A DNA stretch of 64,000 bases, from positions 12,834,001-12,898,000 of the forward strand of contig OX597841.1 in the NCBI GenBank assembly GCA_951406725.2. The letters are read 5' to 3'. The translations under genes and the position numbers were made by a program. The notes below the pieces were generated by a model. It was not told the origin of the DNA and did no database searches. It saw only the letters and a program-made list of their open reading frames with translations. Origin of the DNA: Octopus vulgaris (taxonomy: Eukaryota). Shown here piece after piece: positions 28,046 to 40,065 of the stretch; position 1 is the first letter of the stretch; each line of letters opens with the position of its first letter.

Positions 28046-28158
28046 CATTAAAGCCGAAACATCATTGATCAATACGTCTTCTGGATCGGGTCTGACCTGG
28101 AGCTGAACAACAACACCAGTAACATGTTGACTGTGAGATCAAATGAGAGCTGACTTAC

Positions 28159-28275
28159 CATTTGTTGTGAACAAGTCCAATGTGCCACCATCACTGGGGC
28201 CCCAGGGAGGCACGAGGTAGAGGATGAAGGCAATCCGTCGTCCTTCCAGTTCATCGTCATGGCACAGCAAGACAT
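28159..28275 (-). CDS. OGFOD1: OGFOD1 exon 5
   Basis: (D)[38 protein letters not shown]; HxD iron-binding motif. Confidence 0.98.
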
Positions 28276-28885
28276 CTGCAAGGGCAACAGAGAGGAATAC
28301 GAGTGTCATAGGCTTGTGTAAAACAGCAAAGAGTTTATGAAGGCAGCGGCAATGGGTAGACAGAGGACATTTCTGTGCCAAACAGGCAGGGAGTTAGAGG
28401 ACAACCCTGTCTTGGACAGACAGACAGACAGCACCACCACCACCACCACTGACCACCAATGACTTTCCCCAGACACAACAGAAATATTAATATTTCTATA
28501 ATAAGAATTCTGATATTAAAAATATAAAGACGAAGCATGGAAATAAAACATGTAATTGCCGCAACTGATGTTTATCTCCCTTAAGGCAATCCTGTCTAAG
28601 GAGAAATGTCATATATAAAGTCGCAGTTTCAACCCGTAATGAATCAAAGAAGATATACAGAGGAAGTACAACTGATAGTAAGACTAGATATAGGGGTCAC
28701 ACAAATTCATTTATTAATCAAGAAACAAAAAACTCAACCGCACCAGCTACCCATGTTAATAAATAAAAAATGCAGGACTCACTAGCATACCACCATGACC
28801 CACCAGTAAGATGTGTGGGAGCCAACAAGTTAATTATTTAATTGAATTTAATGAAATTGTGACAAGTGATGTTTGAACTTGTTAC

Positions 28886-28986
28886 CTGTGTATTCGTAGA
28901 TGGAACAGAAAAGATCCACAACACTGGTTAATTCTACGTTGGTCACTTTCTTCATCCATTCTAAGACATCTGTGTAAAATAACTTC
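28886..28986 (-). CDS. OGFOD1: OGFOD1 exon 4
   Basis: (R)KLFYTDVLEWMKKVTNVELTSVVDLFCSIYEYT. Confidence 0.93.
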
Positions 28987-29238
28987 CTGAGAAATAGAAG
29001 ACACATTTGACAGAAGATTAAAGAGTGAAGACAGGCAATAGGAGACAGACGACAGAAGACAAAAGATTGAAGACTGAAGAGTGAAAGTAGATTATAGAAG
29101 ACTAACAAAAGATTGAAGACTGAAGACTGAAGATAGAAGACTGGAGATAGACTACCAAAGATTGAAGACAGAAGACTGAAGACAGAGGGAATGGACAAAA
29201 GGATGTCAAGTTTCTAAAAAAAAATGTCTGCAACTCAC

Positions 29239-29285
29239 CTGAAAGCAGTGATTTGTGGGCTGGTATGCTGTGCCAGGTCATAACT
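29239..29285 (-). CDS. OGFOD1: OGFOD1 exon 3
   Basis: SYDLAQHTSPQITAF(R); 47-nt exon with ccag acceptor and gtgagt donor; phase fits its neighbours. Confidence 0.9.
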
Positions 29286-29306
29286 CTGGTAGGAAGAAAT
29301 AGGATG

Positions 29307-29341
<35 letters not shown>

Positions 29342-30129
29342 TATAATAATAATAATAATTATGATAATGATAAGGAAGTAAGGAAGAAGGCTCATGATGT
29401 GAGAGTGTGTTGACAATGAGGAAAACAGTCTGCAATGATGAAGATGATCATTATCATCATCGTTTAACATCCGCCTCTCATGCTGGCATGGGTTGGACAG
29501 TTTGACTGAGGACTGGTGAGCCAGGAGGCTGCACCTGGCTCCATTCTGATCTGGCAAAGTTTCTACAGCTGGATGCCCTTCCTAACGCCAACCACTCTGA
29601 GAGTGTAGTGGGTGCTTTTTATGTGTCACCGGCATGAGGGCCAGTCAGGTGGTACTGGCATCAACCATGCTCAAATGGTGCTTTTTCGTGCTACCTGTAC
29701 AGGAGCCAGTCAGGCAGCACTGGCAACGACCTAACAAGTCAAGCAAATGATGATTGAACCCCTGTTTGTCAATGTTAGAAAAGCAACATGAGAAAAGCAT
29801 CCAGCCCATGCTGTGACGTGGTTGGCATTTGGAAGGGCATCCAGCTGTAAAAATCATGCCAAAACTGACCTCACCTGCACTGGTGCCACGTTAAAAGCAT
29901 TGAGTCCACTTTGCAGAATGGTTGATGTTAGGAAGGGCATCCAGCCGTAAAAAAAAACTGTGAAAACAGACACAGTAGACTGGGGTAGTCTTCTACCTGG
30001 CCAGCTCCTGTCATCCGTCTTACCCATGCATGCATGGAAGATGCACATTAAATGATGATGATGATGATACCTTGTGAAAATGTGACACATCCAAGAGAAT
30101 TTCAGAAACAAGATGGAGATTAAAGATGA

Positions 30130-31085
30130 AACAAGTGGAAAGTGAAAGGGATGCTGGGGCAATACTTCAGAGAAATCAAAGGGAAAGACAAGAGCAACAC
30201 CTGGAGGTGGCTAAGTGATCTGAAAGGATGCACTGAGGCATTGACATGCAGCATCCAGGAACAAGCTCTCAGAACTAATGACACCAGGTGCCAAACAGGT
30301 AAGAGCAGTGAATCACCCCTTTGTAGGATGTCATCATCATCATCATCATCCGTTGTCCATGCTGGCATGGGTTGGACGGTTTGACCAGGGCTGGCAAGCT
30401 GAAAGGCTGCACCAGACCCCAGTCTGATTTGGCACGGTTTCTACAGCTGGATGCCCTTCATAATGCCAACCACTCTGAAAGTGTAATGGGTGCTTTTATG
30501 TGCCAACGGCAAAGGTGCTATTTGCAAGAAGACACCGGTATGTGCCACAACTGTGGTTTTACTTGGCTTCATGGGTCTTCTTCTCAAGCAAGACATAATA
30601 CCAAAAGGTCTCAGTCATTGCCTCCGTGGGGCCAAATGCTTGAAAAACAAAACAAAAAACAATCTCACCTATTGTGAGCAGGTGTAGCAGACTGGCTCAG
30701 AAAGAATACAAAAGGAGGCACGATAACATGGCCAGGTATGTTCCTTGGAGATTGTATGAGAAGCATGGTCTTGAAAAGACATTGGAATGGTGCAAGCATA
30801 AACCAGAGGGGTCCCTGAGAATAATATGGGGATTAGATCTTATGCAATTCCGTGTGGTTCAGTGATTGATGATTGGAGGAAAGTAAGCATTGTTGAGGTT
30901 GATAAAAGGAAGAAAGAAACCAAGACCAGAGATATTGCCAACCTGGGGAATGTAGGAGTCGATGACAAAGAACTGGGAAAGATTGAGAAGTACAAGAAAC
31001 CCGTAAAAGACAAGATTAGATGAATGGGGGCAATGAAGGAAGTGAATATCATCCCAGTTGTTGGTGGGGCACTGAGAACATTAAC
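30130..31085 (+). mobile_element. R4/Dong-like non-LTR retrotransposon 3' fragment (zinc knuckle + restriction-like endonuclease), decayed and interrupted by a family C SINE (30331-30640)
   Basis: GQYFREI...QEQALRTN...SPLCRM / SRCSRLAQKEYKRRHD / KIEKYK / IPVVGGAL motifs; related copy at 45025-45340. Confidence 0.8.
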
Positions 31086-31378
31086 AACCAATTCCAGTTT
31101 CTCCTTAGTCACAATTTATGTTCCTAACACTAGCTTAATGATAACGAAGTTAATTTACTAAATTCTTTGTTATATCTAAAATTAATTAAAAGAAACACAG
31201 AGCATCTCAACAGAAATAGGGTAACAAAAGGGTTAAGAAGAAAAATAATCAGCAGAAGACATGAGAAGGAGACCTCAATGTGGTCACTCTATATGCTAGA
31301 AATAATAGCCTAAATTTCCTTCAATCCACACCCTTCCAACTGCTCCTAATGTGCATCTGCCCAAATGTAGAAGTGTGT

Positions 31379-31580
31379 TTAACCCTCTTGATTCGAACCT
31401 GGCTAAAACCACCTCTGGCTCTGAGTACAAATGTCTTGTTTTCATAAGTTCTCAGTTAAAATCCTCCACCAAACGTTAGTCACAATTTATGTTCCTAACA
31501 CTAGCTGAATGATAACTAAGTTATTTTACTAAATTCTTTGTTAGATTTAAAATTAATTGAAAGAGACACGAAAGGGTTAA
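31379..31580. mobile_element. piggyBac-like MITE
   Basis: ttaaccct ... agggttaa termini; partial copy at 31100-31236. Confidence 0.6.
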
Positions 31581-31799
31581 CGTCCACTCTCGATGCTGGT
31601 ATGGGTTGGACAGTTTGACACGGGGCTGGCTAGGCAAGGAGCTGTTCAGACTCCAGTTGTCTTGGAGGGCCTGTGAATACCGTCAACACTGCCTCTCACT
31701 CCAACACCCAGAAATTAAATGAAAGAACCCCCAAAAAAGTACAAGACAGAGCAGTGAAAAGAGCCATAGGGTGGCGGTCGAGCCCGTAGCCCTTTTTAC

Positions 31800-31954
31800 C
31801 TGGTGGAAGTTGTATAAGTCATTGTTTTTCTCATTGAAAGTGACTTCCTGTAGTTCTCCCTGTAATCTGTCCAAGCAATGATCCTCTGTGATGAACTCAG
31901 GCAACACACAGTGCACAAACGGACTGGAATCAATCAGATTTTCACAAGAAGGAC
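31800..31954 (-). CDS. OGFOD1: OGFOD1 exon 2
   Basis: PSCENLIDSSPFVHCVLPEFITEDHCLDRLQGELQEVTFNEKNNDLYNFHQ, matching OGFOD1 PF.HC.I..F...EK.NDLY.F.Q. Confidence 0.96.
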
Positions 31955-32127
31955 CTGGAAAACAACAAAGCAAAAACGTTTTTTTTTAAAATTTCAATTA
32001 TAAATGTTACATTATCATTATTATTATTATTATTTAAGGCAGTGATACGGGTGGATTAGGAAAAACAAAGGAAAACAAAACAGACACAATTATTATTTAC
32101 AGAAAAGAGGGAAAACAATCGTTTAAT

Positions 32128-32413
32128 GGCAATCTTTCGTCTCTAGTAGACCTTTCCGTCGATTTCCGTAAAAAACATTTCTTTTTTTACATATGGGCTT
32201 GCGGGAACTTTTGAAGATCACACACACACACACACATGTACATCAATGCTTCCCATGCACGGTAACTTGAAAAGAACTTCCCTCGTCATACAATCGCTTT
32301 CTCTTAGTCTCTTTCGCTCTCATTACTTCAAAAGTTCCCGCAAGCCCATATGTAAAAAGAAAATGTTTTTTACGGAAATCGACGGAAAGGTCTACTAGAG
32401 GCGAAAGATCGCC
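32128..32413. mobile_element. Fold-back MITE with ~88-bp inverted arms, in OGFOD1 intron 1
   Basis: Arms 32128-32216 and 32326-32413 are near-perfect reverse complements; TTAA near both ends. Confidence 0.8.
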
Positions 32414-32452
32414 CGTTTAATTAAATAAATAAATGAAATGTTTTTACTCAAC

Positions 32453-32777
32453 TGGAATGTTTGTTGTTGTCAGAGGTGGTGGTCACGTTGTTGTTGTTGG
32501 TGGTGGTGGTGGTGGCGATCGCGGTGTCATTGGCACTGGTGCGGCACGTTCGGATTGTCGGTGATGCAGCAGCACTGGCTGAGCTAAACTCCCGCCTCAA
32601 ATGCTCGATCAGGTCCTCTTCCATGTAACGGGCGTTGATGGAGAGGCCATGCAAGGAAGACCTCTCTTCCTCGTCCGTCACACAATCTTTCTTCTTCTTC
32701 TTGTAAGGTTTCGGCTGCTCGCTGGACGCCTCCGACACGCCACGCTTGCCCATCACCTGCTGCTTCTCCCTCGACAT
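32453..32777 (-). CDS. OGFOD1: OGFOD1 exon 1 (coding part); prolyl 3-hydroxylase OGFOD1/Tpa1, spliced CDS 2025 nt = 674 aa
   Basis: MSREKQQVMGKRG...KPYKKKKK (NLS-like)...SINARY; the phase-1 donor gttgag is weak but is the nearest one restoring frame; the second ATG is an alternative start. Confidence 0.8.
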
Positions 32778-32975
32778 TCCGTCACTGTATTTATAAAATA
32801 TAGAATATAATAATAATAAAGGGGGTTTAATGCTTCCACATGGCCATCAAGCCTCAGTCACAACACAACCCACACATGGGTACGAAGCGGAGTAGGATCC
32901 TTAGTTTCGTATCAAACTACGACAGCACGTACGCGCACACACATAAAATCATACACGCTCTAATATGTATGTATG

Positions 32976-33032
<57 letters not shown>

Positions 33033-33085
33033 TAGAAATATATATAAAAATATATATACTATAAAATATATATATATTATATATA

Positions 33086-33335
33086 GGTACTACAAAAGAA
33101 GAGTGGTTCCCGGTGCGCGCACTCGCGTACTCGCACATCCGCGCTAGCTAGTCGTGACTAGTCGATCCTTACTATGTTATTTTTGTATTTCGTTTACTTT
33201 GCTTAAAAAATCATTTATTTTGTGTTTTATTTACTTTGCTAAGGTAGTCGTTGTAGGATCGACTAGTCACGACTAGCTAGCGCGGATGCGCGAGTACGCG
33301 AGTGCGCGCACCGGGACCACTCTTCTTACGTAGTA

Positions 33336-33337
<2 letters not shown>
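33086..33337. mobile_element. CpG-rich fold-back MITE embedded in (TA)n
   Basis: Arms 33086-33169 and 33255-33337 are near-perfect reverse complements; (TA)n on both sides. Confidence 0.8.
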
Positions 33338-33381
<44 letters not shown>

Positions 33382-33721
33382 TACATTAGTACATATGTGG
33401 GTGTGGCTGTGGGTGTGTCTAGTTATGTGGGTGTGTATGCCGTCGCTGAAAAACGAAACGAATACAGGGTTTATACAAAAATTAAATTGGATATTTACTT
33501 CTTTTTTTTTTTGCATAACCGAAACGAACAAATAAATGTTTAAATAAATAAAAAATAGGACAGCCACCAGGAAATTATCTGCTTTCGAAATGAAATCTTG
33601 ATTATTTATGTCGTGGCAGAATGTATTGAAATTCTCATTGGAGAAGAAACAAATCTTCATTCATAACTTGATAATGTCCACGCTCCACACACACACACAT
33701 ACACACATATATATATATATA

Positions 33722-35470
33722 TCATCATCATCGTTTAACGTCCGCTTTCCATGCTAGCATGGGTTGGACGGTTCAACTGGGGTCTGGCAAGCACGAAGGC
33801 TGCACCAGGCCAGTCAGATCTGGCAGTGTTTCTACTGCTGGATGCCCTTCCTAACGCCAACCACTCCGAGAGTGTAGTGGGTGATTTTATGTGCCACCGA
33901 CACAGGTGCCAGGCGAGGCTGGCAGACGGCCACGCTCGGATGGTGTTTTTATGTGCCACCGACACAGGTGCCAGACGAGGCTGGCAGACGGCCATGCTCG
34001 GATGGTGTTTTTATGTGCCACCGACACAGGTACCAGACGAGGCTGGCAGACGGCCACGCTCGGATGGTGTTTTTATGTGCCACCGACAAGGTACCAGACG
34101 AGGCTGGCAGACGGCCACGCTCGGATGGTGTTTTTATGTGCCACCGACACAGGTGCTAGACGAGGGTGGCAGACGGCCACGCTCGGATGGTGTTTTTATG
34201 TGCCACCGATACAGGTACCAGACGAGGCTGGCAGACGGCCACGCTCGGATGGTGTTTTTATGTGCCACCGACACAGGTGCCAGACGAGGCTGGCAGACGG
34301 CCACGCTCGGATGGTGTTTTTATGTGCCACCGACACAGGTGCCAGACGAGGCTGGCAGACGGCCACGCTCGGATGGTGTTTTTATGTGCCACCGACACAG
34401 GTACCAGACGAGGCTGGCAGACGGCCACACTCGGATGGTGTTTTTATGTGCCACCGACACAGGTGCCAGACGAGGCTGGCAGACGGCCACGCTCGGATGG
34501 TGTTTTTATGTGCCACCGACACAGGTACCAGACGAGGCTGGCAGACGGCCACGCTCGGATGGTGTTTTTATGTGCCACCGACACAGGTACCAGACGAGGC
34601 TGGCAGACGGCCACGCTCGGATGGTGTTTTTATGTGCCACCGACACAGGTACCAGACGAGGCTGGCAGACGGCCACGCTCGGATGGTGTTTTTTATGTGC
34701 CACCGACACAGGTGCTAGACGAGGGTGGCAGACGGCCACGCTCGGATGGTGTTTTTATGTGCCACCGATACAGGTACCAGACGAGGCTGGCAGACGGCCA
34801 CGCTCGGATGGTGTTTTTATGTGCCACCGACACAGGTGCCAGACGAGGCTGGCAGACGGCCACGCTCGGATGGTGTTTTTATGTGCCACCGACACAGGTG
34901 CCAGACGAGGCTGGCAGACGGCCACGCTCGGATGGTGTTTTTATGTGCCACCGACACAGGTACCAGACGAGGCTGGCAGACGGCCACACTCGGATGGTGT
35001 TTTTATGTGCCACCGACACAGGTGCCAGACGAGGCTGGCAGACGGCCACGCTCGGATGGTGTTTTTATGTGCCACCGACACAGGTACCAGACGAGGCTGG
35101 CAGACGGCCACGCTCGGATGGTGTTTTTATGTGCCACCGACACAGGTACCAGACGAGGCTGGCAGACGGCCACGCTCGGATGGTGTTTTTATGTGCCACC
35201 GACACAGGTACCAGACGAGGCTGGCAGACGGCCACGCTCGGATGGTGTTTTTATGTGCCACCGACACAGGTGCCAGACGAGGCTGGCAGACGGCCACGCT
35301 CGGATGGTGTTTTTATGTGCCACCGACACAGGTGCTAGACAAGGGTGGCGAACGGCCACGCTCGGATGGTGTTTGTTACGTGCCCTCAGCACGGAGGCCA
35401 GTTGATGCGGTACTGGCTACGGTCACGCTTGGATGGTTTTCTTATGTGCCACTGGCACTGGTACCATAAA
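33722..35470 (-). mobile_element. SINE family C copy with an internal 62-bp tandem expansion
   Basis: (CAT)n tail and conserved family C block at 33722-33885, followed by the tandem array. Confidence 0.8.
33886..35390. repeat. 62-bp minisatellite, ~24 copies
   Basis: Unit ttttatgtgccaccgacacaggtRccagacgaggctggcagacggccacgctcggatggtgt. Confidence 0.97.
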
Positions 35471-35654
35471 GGATACAAATTCCATTGATGTTCATCGATT
35501 TTGATTTGGTTTGATTTGATTTGATTATATATATATATATATTATATATATATATATATTATATATATATTATATATATTATATAGATATTATATATATT
35601 ATATATATATATATATATATAGTGTTTGTATGTTAATTATATACAAATGAACAG

Positions 35655-36001
35655 AATGTTCTTCAAGTGGCAAGTGACCATTCCTTAAACGTGGAAACTA
35701 CTCTTAAACTTGTGTTCTGCTCATGGCAGCCACCTCGTAAGGTGCTTGAAGCATGACAACTGTTTCGGCCACTGCTTTCCCCAGCAGAAAACAGAATTCC
35801 ATGGCAGTAAGCTGTTTCTTCGTTTCAGCCCTGCAAAACAAAGACACACCACTTGACAATACAACGTCACGGGACTACGCCGGTCGGCGGGCACGATGCC
35901 TGAGGGTCGCATAAAGTTGCGCCTGGCGGCGGAAGCCTGAACGACAAGGGTTTGTCCCATGGAGAATAATGTTTCCGGTTACTTTTGGGTACCTCATCGT
36001 A
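35655..36001 (-). mobile_element. mariner transposon 5' fragment (TIR + decayed HTH region)
   Basis: Minus strand EFCFLLGKAVAETVVMLQAPYEVAAMSRTQV*E*FPRLRNG resembles the mariner N-terminal HTH; TIR-like tacgatgaggtacccaaaagtaaccggaa. Confidence 0.8.
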
Positions 36002-36239
36002 TATTGCTGTCGATTCAAGTATCAATTCACACAAATGGACTGGAATTTACTGCCAGCAGCATGCCTCAACACCCAACACACCCCTGTCGCCTCATCATCA
36101 CCACCACCACCAACAACAACAACAACATCACCACCACCATCATCATCATCCTCATCATCATCATCATCATCATCATCACCATCATTATTATTATTATTAT
36201 TATTATTGTTATTAAAGTTATTATCGTCATCATTATTAC

Positions 36240-36560
36240 AATTATACAACTACTACTCACTATATTAATTAGCAGAAATATATATAATGAAGTCTGATAG
36301 CAACGAGTCTCCTCCAATCGCGAGGAAACCTTTCTTGGGATTCTAACAAAAAATGCGATTGCAATTTTTCTGTAGGTCAACAATGCAAGTTCCAATTCCA
36401 ATATCCCTCAGTCTTTTAGGAGGCATTCTTTTGGGGTGTCGTGCCAAGGGCATCAAATACCAAAGGAATAATTAACATCTTAATCTTTAACGAATCTCTT
36501 AATCTCTCTGACAAGGTATTTCTCAAATTTCTCAATTTTTTTGATAATCACTCTCTTATC
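36240..36560 (-). mobile_element. R4/Dong-like LINE extreme 3' fragment
   Basis: DKRV..KKIEKFEKY...IIPLVFDALGTTP...IGIGTCIVDLQK on the minus strand, followed by (TAA)n. Confidence 0.6.
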
Positions 36561-36601
36561 ATATGACATTATTATTATTATTATTGTTATTATTATTATT
36601 T

Positions 36602-36985
36602 AGGTGGCGAGGTGGAAGAATCGTTAGCTCGCTGGACGAAATGCTGCCGCTACGTTCTGAGTTCAAATTTCACCAAGGTCGACTTTGCCTTTCATCCTTT
36701 CGGGAGTCAATTAAATAAGTACCAGTTATGCACTGGGGTCGATGTAATCGACTTAATCCGTTTGTCTGTCCTTGTTTGTCCCTTCTGTGTTTAGCCCCTC
36801 GTAGGTAGTAAAGAAATAGGTATTTCGCCCGTCGCTATGTTCAGAGTTCAAATTCCGCCGAGGTCAACTTTGCCTTTCATCCTTTCGGGGTCGACTAAAT
36901 TAAGTACCGGTGAAACACTGGGGTCGATGTAATCCACTAGTCCCCTCCCCCAAAACTTCAAGCCTTGTGCCTATAATAGAAAGGA
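36602..36985 (+). mobile_element. SINE family B, dimeric
   Basis: Matches other copies. Confidence 0.85.
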
Positions 36986-37207
36986 TTATTATTATTAATA
37001 AATCTCTAAATGAGGTATAAACAGTAGCTGCAGGACAATGTGAAGTATATCTATCACTTAAATGTGGCTAACCACTAAGGGTGGATGCTACTGTAGCTTT
37101 TTGCCCCAGGAGAACATCTTCTGCAGCTCGCTTTTGACACACTTTCTGTGCCCTATCAGTATTTGCAAAGGGAAGCCATCCTTCTCATCATCAACCTAAC
37201 GTGATAT

Positions 37208-37250
37208 GCACGCACCCAGGTTTCTGGGTATTTACCCGTCGTCAGCGCAC
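37208..37250 (-). ncRNA. Minimal type-I hammerhead motif with a non-permissive G at the cleavage position
   Basis: gtgcg-CTGACGA-c-gggt(aaat)accc-a-GAAA-cctggg-TG-cgtgc; lies inside a 356-bp unit homologous to 24570-24860. Confidence 0.65.
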
Positions 37251-39439
37251 GACAATCACCGGTCTTCGATGCGAAGGGGTCCCAATGCAAACAAATAAAT
37301 CCTTTTTCCAGCGACGAAAAGTCACTGACCTCGCAAAAGTGTAAACAACAATAATAAATCTCTGAACGAGGTATTAACAGTAGCTGCAACGCAATGTGAA
37401 GTATATTTGTCACTTAGTATTATTATTATTATTATCAACATTAATTTTGTTGTTGTGGTGGTGGTGGTGGTGGTGTCCTGGCAGTAATCTGGCGCAGTTT
37501 AACATTAAATGTTATTTCACTTGGGTCTAATTAGTGTCTGGACTACATTCTCAGTATATTAAACTAACAATTGGGTCGATTAAGGGTGGGGCTGAACGCG
37601 TGTCGTGCAATTTCTTGGTACCTTGTGTGTGTGTGTGTGTTTGTGTGTGTGTGCGTGTGTATTGTGTATGTCTGCGCATACGCTTGTATGCATGTGTGGT
37701 GGATGCTTGTGTGTGTGTGTGCTTGGGTGTATGAGTGTGTGTGAGTAAATTTTTTACAGTCGTCATCATCATCATCATCTTCATCATCATTTAACATTGC
37801 TTTCCAAGCTGGCATGGGTTGGACGGTTTGACTGGGGTCTGGTGAACCAGATAGCTGCACCGGGTTCCAGTCTGATTCGACATAGTTTCCACGACTGGAT
37901 GCTCTTCCTAACACCAACCATTTCAAGAGTGTAATGGGGGCTTTTTTACATGACACCAGCCACGGCCACGACGACGATTTCATGGGTGCCACTTTCATGA
38001 CACTGGTATGATGCCATTCCCATGCCACTAGCAACAGCCATGACAACCATTTCAGTTCGCTTGACAATTCTTCTTAGCACAGCACCACGAAAAGTATTGG
38101 TCACTTGTTATCGTATCTGTGAAGTTCATCATTCGAAAGAACATGCTTCCAGCAATGGCCACAACTATGATTTCATTTGGCTTAAGGAGTCTTCTCAAGC
38201 ACAGTATAATCCCAAATGTCCCGGCCATTTGTCATTGCCTCTGTGAGGCCCAACATTCGAAAGATCTCAACGGCCATAACTATGATTTCTCTTGGCTTGA
38301 CAGGGTCTTCTCAAGCCCTGCATATCGCCAAAGCTCTCAGTCACTTGCCATCGTCTCCGTGAAAGCCAACCATTTTTGTTTCCTTCTATATGATAATAAG
38401 GAACCCACTTTTCATCAGTTGCGATGATTCTTACTCAAGAAATATTCAGTAACAAGTCCACAAAAGGTAACCCTTTGTTTAAGATGAGAAGCCATCAGAT
38501 GATGAGGAACTCACTGAATGAGTTCTTTTTTTTAATCCTGGCTTCTTAAGCACCTAGGCCACTCTGTTAACTTTGTTAGTTCTATTTGAAAACCAGGACA
38601 GTGGTACATGAGAAATCACATTTTTTCTTCCAAATAGAACTAACCACGTGCCCTGAGCCAGAAGATTGTTTGAAGACACAAGGTACATCATATAACTCTG
38701 CCTAATTCCAGTGTCTCAATGGCCTGAATTTATTAGTAGCCCTTATTTTAAATACTGTGAACATTAAATAATATTTATCTCTCACCAGATGAAGTAATTT
38801 TGTTCTTGTTCCTACTTTGCAATATAAAGCGCTTAGCAGTATAGGCGACATTTCACACTCAAATGGCCGGAGCCACATAACCTCTCTACCACTGAAGGAA
38901 GAAATACTTAACAGTCAGTTGGCTGAGTAAACAAAACCCTGCACCCCCCCATTTAAGTAACATCTGAACAACCACGTCCTCTTTTAGAATACTAGAAAGG
39001 TGCAATATTGCATCTCTGGTCAGCCACATATGGCACATAAAAGAGGTGGGAACCCCATGCATAATTAAATAGAAGTTCCTTGAACAACCGGGGGTGGGGC
39101 TTATATAAACTGGAGCAAACGAAGTAAACTTTGATTGGTAGAGAAGGCAAGAATCCTAAAAAAATCTCGATTGACTCGAGGACTTTTTTAAGCTCCAGGA
39201 AAGAAGTATTCAGTCAATGCTTGCATCTAAAATGTTTCCTACATCATACTTGGAATTCTTCATTCGTTGAATTGTCTAGTCCTGTTGCAGCTCCTTCTGA
39301 TATCATCAGAGCTGGATCGGTTCTAAGGAGAGTAACCCCATCCTGCCTGCAGCAAAGACAATTATTTTTGTTGACAAAATCGTCCTCCAGTTGTAGAGAG
39401 GTTACTTGAGTCTGATGAGTCGACTATACTTTTTTTTTT

Positions 39440-39823
39440 CTTTTACTTGTTTCAGTCATTTGACTGCGGCCATGCTGGAGCACCGCCTTTAGTCGAGCAA
39501 ATCGACCCCGGGACTTATTCTTTGTAAGCCCAGTACTTTTTCTATTGGTCTCTTTTTGCCGAACCGCTAAGTGACGGGGACGTAAACACACCAGCATTGG
39601 TTGTCAAGCAATGCTAGGGGGACAAACACAGACACACAAACACACACATATATATACATATATACGACAGCCTTCTTTCAGTTTCCGTCTACCAAATCCA
39701 CTCACAAGGCATTGGTCAGCCCGGGGCTATAGCAGAAGACACTTGCCCAAGATGCCACGCAGTGGGACTGAACCCGGAACCATGTGGTTGGTAAGCAAGC
39801 TACTTACCACACAGCCACTCCTG
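39440..39823 (-). mobile_element. SINE family A, full length
   Basis: Reverse complement of the family A sequence. Confidence 0.88.
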
Positions 39824-39954
39824 CTAAGCACTTTATTGGTGCTAAACCAACGGTCACTCTATGACCGGTCATAAGCTGGAGAGCTGCACCAGGCTCCAGT
39901 CTGATTTGGGTTTGGTTTCTACCCCTGGATGTCCTTCCTAATGCCAACCACTTC

Positions 39955-40065
39955 AACCTTCTAATATTGTTGCACCTCTTATGTGTTCGTAACTTGCACC
40001 AGGTACACCCTACGGAGTTCCTATCTTCACCCTTTCTACATATTAAGCAGTGCCACCTACCTGAG
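39955..40065 (-). mobile_element. RTE-like LINE fragment (Cys-rich region)
   Basis: SGRWHCLICRKGEDRNSVGCTWCKLRTHKRC. Confidence 0.6.

Noticed and set aside
33886-35390. CRISPR-like regular repeat array
   Set aside because: No unique spacers (units are contiguous and near-identical), no cas genes, eukaryotic context
33751-35469. 572-aa ORF and overlapping long ORFs
   Set aside because: They are translations of a stop-free 62-bp tandem repeat within a SINE; all three frames are open and there is no protein signature
35750-35790. Hammerhead-like GAAACAGTTGTC on the minus strand
   Set aside because: No CUGANGA core; the sequence is decayed mariner transposase coding region
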